Below, piece by piece: positions 27,301 to 33,941 of a DNA stretch of 39,341 bases; within the stretch, counting starts at the first letter, position 1, and each line of letters opens with the position of its first letter. A program made the translations under genes and the position numbers. Source of the stretch: a virus. Lineage: Duplodnaviria > Heunggongvirae > Uroviricota > Caudoviricetes. Under the pieces are notes generated by a model. That model was not told the origin of the DNA. It worked only from the letters and a program-made list of their open reading frames with translations, and searched no databases. The stretch is from IMG/VR virus record IMGVR_UViG_2901984674_000003; one strand, given 5' to 3'.

Positions 27301-28756
27301 CTAAAAATTCCTTCCAAACGTCATCTGAAAGCTTGTCTAAACGAGAAACAACTGCCCCACTTACAAGTGAGAATAATTCATTGTTATCTTTGTTATCAGC
27401 TTTCTTATCACTTTCAACTCTAAGCAAGTTCTTAGATAATTCATCAATGATTGCTTTATCGTGAGTTGAGTTATTGTAGCGATATAAGCTCAATAAGTTT
27501 TCTGCGCCTGTTTGGCTTGCAATTCCATCACGGTATTTATCAACTACGTTATGAGCGATGTCTTCAGCGTCTTTTAAGAGTTCGCTTGGGTTAACTCCAC
27601 GAAAATCATCACTAACATTTTCAACAGCTCTTTGTGCGTAAACATCAAAAGCAACGTTGTTATCTTCAAAACGTACAAGCAATAGTTTCTTGATTATATC
27701 AGCAAATTCAGCGTTATATCGTGTTAGGATTTCGTTTGATGTAATTTCTTTATTAGCATACAAGCGTAAGTCATCATCGTCTAAGAAAGTCTTGCTTCCA
27801 CTGCTTAATGAAATACCTAATTCACCAAATAATTTCTTGATTGTTGTGGCTCTTGAATAATCGCTTAATTCATCAATACCTATATCTTCTGCACTAACTT
27901 TAGCTAACTTGTCATTAATCATAGCGATAATTGATGCAAAGTTAGCTGCTGTTTCAGAAGTTATTTGATATACTCTTGCTTCTTTGCTTTGGATTTCATC
28001 AAAGTTGTATACAAAGGTTAAATCATCACTGCCATTTACGTTCTTGAAGAAATCCATTCCGTATTTCTTTATAGCTGAAAATACTTTTTTATCAGCAGCT
28101 TTGCCTGCGTATGATGCACTACCTTGAGCTTCAATACCTTTGATTGTATAAACAACTTTTACTGATGAATCTTTAGTGCGAACTGAAACATTTTTAACTG
28201 CTACAGTTGCTACAAACTCAATACCACCTAAAGTTGTAGTAAAGGTCTTTTTACCTTGATTTTTAATAGCACGAGCAACCATATCTTTGAAGATTGTTTC
28301 TTCGTCATCTTTTTCAAGCATTTCTTTAAGTTGTTTTTCATCGCCTACACCTAAATATAAGCGTACTACTTCTTGTCGTGCTTTGTTTGTTAAACCATCA
28401 AAATTAACGTTTCTAGCGTACTTGTTTAAAGTAATTTGAGCTTCGTTAGGATAATATTTTTCCATGTAATTACTTAAAGCGTTCCAGTTACTAATACTGC
28501 TTACATGAGCCTTAACGAAAGCTAAATCATCAGCTCTAGTTAATTCTGTTGGATCAACGTAGATGTTATAGTTATCACCAAAGATTTCAATCATTGAAAC
28601 TTTGTTATTGCTTGAATAGCTGTTTGTACGTCCTCTAGCACCAAAAATACTTGCAAATGTTTGGCTATCAGTTACACCTTCTGTTTCACGTAGTTCGCCT
28701 GTGCGATGTCCTTTACCTGTTCCAGCATGGCTAATCTTACCTACGTATAAAGTCAT
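24398..28756 (-). CDS. 1452-aa acidic helical protein with internal repeats, family B
   Basis: Long uninterrupted ORF with GAAAGAAGTGA RBS; no signal peptide, TM or recognisable catalytic motif. Confidence 0.9.
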   Translation of the reverse strand: MTLYVGKISHAGTGKGHRTGELRETEGVTDSQTFASIFGARGRTNSYSSNNKVSMIEIFGDNYNIYVDPTELTRADDLAFVKAHVSSISNWNALSNYMEKYYPNEAQITLNKYARNVNFDGLTNKARQEVVRLYLGVGDEKQLKEMLEKDDEETIFKDMVARAIKNQGKKTFTTTLGGIEFVATVAVKNVSVRTKDSSVKVVYTIKGIEAQGSASYAGKAADKKVFSAIKKYGMDFFKNVNGSDDLTFVYNFDEIQSKEARVYQITSETAANFASIIAMINDKLAKVSAEDIGIDELSDYSRATTIKKLFGELGISLSSGSKTFLDDDDLRLYANKEITSNEILTRYNAEFADIIKKLLLVRFEDNNVAFDVYAQRAVENVSDDFRGVNPSELLKDAEDIAHNVVDKYRDGIASQTGAENLLSLYRYNNSTHDKAIIDELSKNLLRVESDKKADNKDNNELFSLVSGAVVSRLDKLSDDVWKEFLAENLIDSESAYAKTMDLKTKFITDETDLLTGAIMAQATDINENNVDDVVRSYLDSHRAVISQYYEEHFPFALLLEEVKTELLQEVRQTEPYNKVNVRYWQGKVSKLADWQKAKVYQKDLDKFIAERTPDWKEQLDKQDRNELLQERWHDLKQELEKDKYSFNIFNKVTQQSYGFDFDLLNDDFFARFLQKGEAIISDFIEEKAKEIYDNANSNQGQSIPETPAIAALMIYQSHQSELIEQVKKATLDSAEWNGEIESIIASLATFFKNNKQFVLNNIKRSRFMTLSFDDLTEILHDLWKDQKDDYDYVEDESIDIELLADQVMDGQTTLTYPKEDNFTDTYGLNDVKKVVEANKEAFTKSKDKTTTFFELVADEHEERRMARVRIVKDVLNNSLPSRVTDYSDVYDKLLETAKERGYDPSNQEHVEMLKKFLLSVEPNLSNAKDLFEDEYVERELSSDANEFARLLMTDSHFDMHLKQAINTMPYFEDNEVNESDVVEYLKNPEMSISEISQKITYGLNDKDLSRVANLYRTGNATEKQRVLDLLEDINFHSERFQLETEDYTAEDIADRIPALDHTFMYVSDDNKPKEVDRATVLKIINKHFVEFKQALYQRKQSDLLINLLLLQDNDADLNDLESIVDEIMQGQVRIEYTEKGLTTYYYQNEVTNFVANNYKSFADAKDKRELFFALKKDDFEDKLAERKEEIRSHLANFFPDGNSFDLRIENYVRRKAEEKGYKPDITKEYRKFLDYCGRLLPVVNKAQKEFAKTYDNVFVDDVEDTFLNDFINSSEFENAFNSVPMPQWVTDEEVSNKGALLKTAHASFETFANGVIDENSMGFDYSFNVMLNKAKMDQWIDANADSLYEDFVDAKKEDSALTFEEYLKEVDFNKVVANSFDASAAKDTWVQKFMDKASSLGHSSIECVRVAKEMTDLELWSFASAERKNSSDSVVEQIFEKHPFEPEITVIQ

Positions 28757-28799
28757 GATAAATCACTTCTTTCCGAAATATTTACCTGTTTTTGTACAC

Positions 28800-28922
28800 A
28801 AAAAAAGTACCGCAAATAAATACAAAAATGTAAATATTTACGGTACTTATTGCTTTATTTAAGCATTGTACGAGGAGTATTCACTGGCATAACCAGTCAC
28901 CCACGACCCCTCAACAGGTTAA
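28800..28922 (-). promoter_or_regulatory. structured 5' leader/sRNA ending in a terminator upstream of the 1452-aa gene
   Basis: Promoter TTGTAT(28955-28950)-17-TATAAT(28932-28927) with extended TG; GAGGGGT/ACTCCTC stem; AAGTACCG/CGGTACTT hairpin plus T-tract. Confidence 0.55.
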
Positions 28923-28975
28923 TATAATTATAACATGAAATTCTTTGCAATACAATGCGAGGGCTTTTCTTTGTA

Positions 28976-29256
28976 ATAAAAAATCCCCACTGCAAGAAGC
29001 AATGAGGACTGGTTTTGAAAAACGATTAATCATATGCTATACTAATCTTGTATAGAGATGATAGCTAGAATGTTAGCTACAACTAAGATTAATCTAAGCG
29101 TCCATTCTATACGTACTGCAATACGTATGTAGCAACGCTTTGAGCAAAAATCTGCTAATTAACATCACCAACTTCTGTATCGCAAATTTCCTAGAATGAT
29201 ACATTAGTTATTATAGCTTATAAAAGCCTTTAAATCAACGATTTGAGGGCTTTTTA
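28976..29256. ncRNA. overlapping sense/antisense small-transcript pair
   Basis: Plus promoter TTGAAA-17-TATACT (29015-29043) with terminator 29222-29256; minus promoter TTGATT-17-TATAAT (29238-29210) with terminator 28976-29008. Confidence 0.55.
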
Positions 29257-29263
29257 TTATGCA

Positions 29264-29291
29264 AAAAAAGATAGGTATTTCTACCTATCTT
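29264..29291 (-). terminator. intrinsic terminator
   Basis: AAGATAGGTA/TACCTATCTT stem plus T7. Confidence 0.8.
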
Positions 29292-29304
29292 CAACAGTAA
29301 TTAA

Positions 29305-29493
29305 CTATTTTTCTTTACGTTTGCCTAAAGCACCTAGTCCTAACAAGGATCCTAGTCTAACTAGGACTGCACCAACAGTTGTACCCTTACTTTGCTTTTC
29401 GCCAGTTTGTGGTAACTCAGTAGTTGCAAACTTAGGTTGTGCTTTAGCTTGTGGCTTAGCATTAGCCTTAGCTTCAACTTTAGGAGCTACTTG
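29305..29493 (-). pseudogene. C-terminal remnant of an LPXTG surface protein
   Basis: Reads QVAPKVEAK...ELPQTGEKQSKGTTVGAVLVRLGSLLGLGALGKRKEK*; no in-frame start before the upstream stop at 29551-29553. Confidence 0.8.
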
Positions 29494-29503
29494 AAAATGA
29501 AAA

Positions 29504-29538
29504 AATAAAAATAGATCAGGTTTTGACCTATTTTTATT
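29504..29538 (-). terminator. intrinsic terminator after the recombinase-like gene
   Basis: AATAAAAATAG...CTATTTTTATT inverted repeat. Confidence 0.65.
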
Positions 29539-30250
29539 CTTCGGTTTTGCCTAGACCTAAGTCTAGCATATACTTGTAAGTATACCAATAGTTATACTTT
29601 TTCTTTAGGCTACTTACTCTTGCTTTAAAAGTAAGCTCGTTAATTTCATCAGCACGATGAACTAAAGGTCTATTCAAAACAATCTTTTTGAGTTGTGGGT
29701 TAATCTTAACCATCTTTGAGTCAGGGTTAACCGCAGAAAATACACCTAAAAAGTACGCTGCTTTCAAGGAAAATCCAACTCTTTTATTTAAAATTGCTAA
29801 ATGGCTTCTAAAGGTTGGGAATATATAGTGTTCACCTGATGTGTTAACCAACATATATTCTTGACCTTTAGGAATTAATTCTTTGATTAACTCAGCAATA
29901 TCTTCAGGAATTACATAAGATCTTCCATCAAAGCTAAACTTATTGCCTTTTAAATCTTTTGTTTTAATGTTGATTAAATCTTTGACTGGGAATCCAGCAA
30001 ATGCTAAGTAATAGGTAATTCTATCGCCGTGATTTCTTAATGAGCCTATCTTTTCTAAGAACTCTTCTCTGCTAAGCATTGTTAGATTCCTAGTTTCATG
30101 CTTTAGAAAATCTAATACATACTCTAAATCATTACTTTCTTTTAAAATTTCAATTCGTCTATCAATAATTCGTTCATCGAACTGGTTTGTCAAAAGTTCT
30201 TTGAACAATTTTTCTCCTTTAGCTATTCTTTTCTTTTCTTCGTCTGTCAT
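29534..30250 (-). CDS. tyrosine-recombinase-fold protein with a degenerate active site
   Basis: YLAFAGFPVKDLINIKTKDL matches integrase box I (L...G.R..EL..L...DI) but with R replaced by P; no H-x-x-R box II is visible. Confidence 0.55.
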   Translation of the reverse strand: MTDEEKKRIAKGEKLFKELLTNQFDERIIDRRIEILKESNDLEYVLDFLKHETRNLTMLSREEFLEKIGSLRNHGDRITYYLAFAGFPVKDLINIKTKDLKGNKFSFDGRSYVIPEDIAELIKELIPKGQEYMLVNTSGEHYIFPTFRSHLAILNKRVGFSLKAAYFLGVFSAVNPDSKMVKINPQLKKIVLNRPLVHRADEINELTFKARVSSLKKKYNYWYTYKYMLDLGLGKTEE

Positions 30251-30265
30251 AAAGAACCTTCTTTC

Positions 30266-30847
30266 TTACTTAAATAAGTCGCTAGGAGTAAGCACTGTTT
30301 TTACTTTTTCTTCTTTTTCATCTTGATTGTTGTCATCAGTTGCATCAGAAGAGTACATTTCATCATTATCTTCATCGTCATAATCATTGTCGTTTTCAAC
30401 CTCTGAAAGCAACTCATTATTAATACGTTGAATAGTGTTCATAACATATCTTACATTAGCAACTTCAGTCTTTGATGTAACAGCAAACACTTGCTTACCT
30501 AAATCAACTTGTAACAAATCCCCTTCTTCACGGTGACTAACGGTTACTGTATAGTTTAGTAACTTAAAGGGTTTAAAGTCTAAAATCCTCACGTTATCAT
30601 CGTTGACTTCATAGTTGATTTGAATTTTTTTATAATTGTTATTTCCACGTTTAATAGGGAAGAGTTTAGCCTTACCTAAAATGCCGTTTTCAAAGTTAGC
30701 ACTAACCTTTTTAACAGTCATTTTCATAGTGTCAATTGCACCAAAGAGTTCAATCATGCGATCAGACCCTGGCTCAACGATTTCTTTAACTTCTACTTCA
30801 TCAGCGTTTTTATAAGAAACTTGGTATTTGAAGTCGTATCTTGGCAT
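30266..30847 (-). CDS. hypothetical beta-rich protein with an acidic C-terminal tail
   Basis: D/E/N-rich tail ending PSDLFK; GCGAGGTG RBS. Confidence 0.75.
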   Translation of the reverse strand: MPRYDFKYQVSYKNADEVEVKEIVEPGSDRMIELFGAIDTMKMTVKKVSANFENGILGKAKLFPIKRGNNNYKKIQINYEVNDDNVRILDFKPFKLLNYTVTVSHREEGDLLQVDLGKQVFAVTSKTEVANVRYVMNTIQRINNELLSEVENDNDYDDEDNDEMYSSDATDDNNQDEKEEKVKTVLTPSDLFK

Positions 30848-30934
30848 CAGCTAGCACCTCGCTTTCTACATATTTTTTATATACTTATGCTTATTACTAT
30901 TTTAACACAAAAGTATTGGAAAAATGTACAAAAT

Positions 30935-31040
30935 ACAAAAAATAAACCTGGGCAAGGATCCTTGTGCCTAGGTTCGTATAAAATGCTCCCAATTCAGGAC
31001 GTACCTGCCACGATGCGTGGTCTGGGAGGGTTTGATCTAC
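30935..31040 (-). ncRNA. candidate ~105-nt structured sRNA
   Basis: Promoter TTGACC(31073-31068)-17-TATAAT(31050-31045); three-way junction 30986-31028; terminator 30944-30974. Confidence 0.55.
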
Positions 31041-31082
31041 TTTTATTATAGTTTAATGTTGACTATTGGTCAAAGCTTATAA

Positions 31083-31697
31083 CTAATTAATTACATCAAT
31101 TGCTGTGAACTTGTTTTGGTTCATGTCGTAAGTTACGTTAAACGTCTTTGTTCCTTCTTTAGTGCCAGCCATATTAACAATGCTGTATTTAACGATAACC
31201 ATACCCTTTAGTTCATTGTCTTTATATTCGCTTAAATAAGCGTTAGCACTATCAAAGGACGATTCTATGCCTAAACTATCTACAACAGAAGCGTTCTTTT
31301 TATTTCCAAATATATCTTGCTTATTCAAAACGTCTGTTGTTACTAAATTACTAGCCTTGCTTTTACGGTTAGTGTAATCGTTAGAATTACTGTAGGTATA
31401 AATAATCTTGAATAAAGTGTTTGCTCGTGCGTTTAATGTCTGTGTGCCAACGTATTGTCTGCCGATAGGCTTAGTTTTAGCATCACCGTTTTCACTTACA
31501 TAATAGTAAACCTTCTTGCTAACATCGCCTTTTTTCTTGTTATAAGCGTCTTGTGCTTTTTCTATTTTATCTTCGCTTTTAGATAATTCATGCTGAGCTT
31601 TAACGCTTTGAACTCGTAATACTAAAAAGAATATTAGCAATAACACTGTAATTCCCCCTAGTACCATCAATATAACATTTTGTTTCTTGTCACTCAT
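31083..31697 (-). CDS. membrane-anchored conjugation protein (VirB8/TcpC-like)
   Basis: N-terminal TM, coiled coil and an NTF2-like beta-strand C-terminus; T4SS context. Confidence 0.55.
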   Translation of the reverse strand: MSDKKQNVILMVLGGITVLLLIFFLVLRVQSVKAQHELSKSEDKIEKAQDAYNKKKGDVSKKVYYYVSENGDAKTKPIGRQYVGTQTLNARANTLFKIIYTYSNSNDYTNRKSKASNLVTTDVLNKQDIFGNKKNASVVDSLGIESSFDSANAYLSEYKDNELKGMVIVKYSIVNMAGTKEGTKTFNVTYDMNQNKFTAIDVIN

Positions 31698-31709
31698 AAT
31701 AAAGCCCTC

Positions 31710-32330
31710 CTACTTATCCACTGATACAAGTTCGGTAAAGGTAACAGTTCCATCAAGTTGTGTCTTAGTGTTGTAATTAAAGCTATACATAACTTTCTTG
31801 CTAGAAACTTGTTGTGTTGCGGATTCATCTTCAACTACTGGCTTGTAATCAACTAAGATGTTAACTGGTAGTGTATACTTATCAACATCAAACTTGCCAA
31901 ACGATACACTTACAGAATTTAAACCATTGCTTTTAGGATAGTCTTTACCGTTTATCTTTTGAATTACAGTTTGAAACATAACCTTGCTTGCTAAGTGGTT
32001 TGAGCCAAGCTTTGTAGCAATATCGTTTTCTTTAGCCTTATATTCATCTTCAGTCTTAGCGTTGTAAGCCTCAGTGATAGCTTGTGAGTAATTGTTTCTT
32101 AAAGTGTTTTCGATATTGTCTATATCAATGTTTTTAACTTTATTTCGGATAACTTTTTGATAACCTTTGACCGTTAAGTTATTAGCATTGGCTTGATAGT
32201 TTTCTATCTTAGCGTTGTTTTCACTAATAGCTTGCTTTGTTGCTTTAATTTGACGTGGATATATAACTAACGTAAGAACCAACAAGAACACGTTGATTAC
32301 TCCTAGAATTACCATTAAAACTTTCTTCAT
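31710..32330 (-). CDS. membrane-anchored conjugation protein (VirB8/TcpC-like; start corrected to MKKVLM)
   Basis: Same architecture as 31083-31697; GGAGGA RBS. Confidence 0.55.
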   Translation of the reverse strand: MKKVLMVILGVINVFLLVLTLVIYPRQIKATKQAISENNAKIENYQANANNLTVKGYQKVIRNKVKNIDIDNIENTLRNNYSQAITEAYNAKTEDEYKAKENDIATKLGSNHLASKVMFQTVIQKINGKDYPKSNGLNSVSVSFGKFDVDKYTLPVNILVDYKPVVEDESATQQVSSKKVMYSFNYNTKTQLDGTVTFTELVSVDK

Positions 32331-32350
32331 GTTTTTTCTTCCTCCTATAA

Positions 32351-33892
32351 TTACCACCAGTTGTGTGCTTGCCAGAATTGCTTTGCTTTAACCCAAGTAC
32401 CATATCTATTCTTCATGTAACTTTGAGCTACACGATCTTGGTTTTCTTTAGATAGGTCACCGTTTAAATAGGATAAATCTAACTGATAAGCACCGTAATA
32501 TTTACCATTTCTAGCATTATAACGACCGCCAGATTCGTGTGCGATAATCCACTTTCTAGCACTGTCTTCGTCTGAACTTAAGCCACCAGTTGCATCGTCT
32601 GAACCACCTTTTTTAAGGCCGTTCTTGATTGTTTCTAGTGGATCAATCCAACCACCACTTGAATCCCACGAATGAGAAACAGCTTGATCAAATGGTAGCT
32701 TTGTTATACCAATATGAACGTGTTCTGTATCACGAATACCAATTACATCGCCTGTTTTTACAACATCATCTACTTTAACCTTAATATTACTCTTTGAACT
32801 TGCAAATTCCTGATAAACAATAGATAAATTGTCATCACCTTTAGTTACAACATACCACTCTAATCCACCAGCATAATCTACTTTGACAACCTTGCCACCA
32901 TGGATTGCGTGAACTTCTTTACCTGGGTGATCGACTGAACCAAAGTCTAAGCCATCGTGATAACTATTAGGTCTCTGATTACCTGGATGAGTTCCGAATA
33001 GTTGAGCATCCATAAATGAACCTTCGCCAACGTCAGGGAAAGGCCAACCCCATGAACCACCAGGAGAAGCACTACTATCTTTTGAACAATCAGTATCATC
33101 ATCTTTAGAATCAGTAGTTGCTGTACCTACATCGCCAGCAATGTCATCAGCGTTATAGTATTGTGCATATCCAGCTTGAAATCCAGGTAAGTAATCTGCA
33201 ACATCAGCTGTGAAATATCCATGATTGTGCATTACGGTTAAATAATCTTCCATTTCCTTAGCACTAGCTTTTTTGGAGTTGCTGTCACTAGCTGATTTTA
33301 ATGCTTCTGGAACGGCTGGGAAAAGCCCACTGATATACGCTTCACCAAACACTTTATAGCTAGGGAAGTTCATATAGCTACCGTCACCTTCAGCGTGTCC
33401 TGAACCTAAAACTACACCTTTTTTAGCTAACCATTCAGGCGGTTGACCTGACAAACCACCTAAGTTATGAGCGTCGTTGTTTAAAGCAGGATTAGCACTT
33501 AAGTTAGCCCCTGATTCTTGTACCCATTGAGCATAAATCAAACCTGGGTCAATCTTAATGTTGTAAAGCTTTTCGCCAGCTTTGGCAACAGCTCGTGCTA
33601 ATTTTTTACCATTCTTTGTTCCAATTGGAGCTGGTGTGTTTTCGTCAAAGTCAACAGAAACATCTGTATGAACGTTTTTACCACCGCTTGCGTCAGCACC
33701 ACCACTACCTTCGCTACCGCCTGAGCCATCATCATCACCTGAGTCACTAGTTATTGTATAACAACCGTTATTTTGAAAGCCTGAGTCAAAAATAGAGTTG
33801 GCACTAGCTACTGCTGGATATATTAGTTGAATAATTAGTAAGGAAAGTGTTAATAGCGATGCTAAAATATTTATTTTCTTTGTAAAGTCCAC
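32351..33892 (-). CDS. conjugative peptidoglycan hydrolase: lysozyme-like, M23 peptidase and Apf/SLT-like domains
   Basis: N-terminal signal/TM; AQW..ESG...HNL.G; HDGLD and HVH M23 motifs; C-terminal ESGG.YNA.NG.Y.GAYQL...W..HNWW. Confidence 0.85.
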   Translation of the reverse strand: MDFTKKINILASLLTLSLLIIQLIYPAVASANSIFDSGFQNNGCYTITSDSGDDDGSGGSEGSGGADASGGKNVHTDVSVDFDENTPAPIGTKNGKKLARAVAKAGEKLYNIKIDPGLIYAQWVQESGANLSANPALNNDAHNLGGLSGQPPEWLAKKGVVLGSGHAEGDGSYMNFPSYKVFGEAYISGLFPAVPEALKSASDSNSKKASAKEMEDYLTVMHNHGYFTADVADYLPGFQAGYAQYYNADDIAGDVGTATTDSKDDDTDCSKDSSASPGGSWGWPFPDVGEGSFMDAQLFGTHPGNQRPNSYHDGLDFGSVDHPGKEVHAIHGGKVVKVDYAGGLEWYVVTKGDDNLSIVYQEFASSKSNIKVKVDDVVKTGDVIGIRDTEHVHIGITKLPFDQAVSHSWDSSGGWIDPLETIKNGLKKGGSDDATGGLSSDEDSARKWIIAHESGGRYNARNGKYYGAYQLDLSYLNGDLSKENQDRVAQSYMKNRYGTWVKAKQFWQAHNWW

Positions 33893-33914
33893 TTTTTATC
33901 ACCTTCTTGTAAAA

Positions 33915-33941
33915 AAATAAGGAATAGTATCAACTATCCCC
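33915..33941 (-). terminator. intrinsic terminator inside the transfer region
   Basis: GGGGATAG/CTATTCCT stem followed by TATTTTTTT. Confidence 0.65.

Noticed and set aside
29094-29165. Fst/Lpt family toxin call
   Set aside because: No AP..VG...L motif or charged tail, so the family is not supported; kept only as a generic candidate.
28760-29520. Possible ROOL/GOLLD-type large RNA or oriT
   Set aside because: The interval resolves into a leader, a convergent transcript pair, terminators and an LPXTG remnant; I could not identify a nic-site motif or a large-RNA signature.
30986-31028. Possible self-cleaving ribozyme
   Set aside because: Lacks the hammerhead core (CUGANGA/GAAA) and the pseudoknots of twister, HDV or pistol ribozymes.
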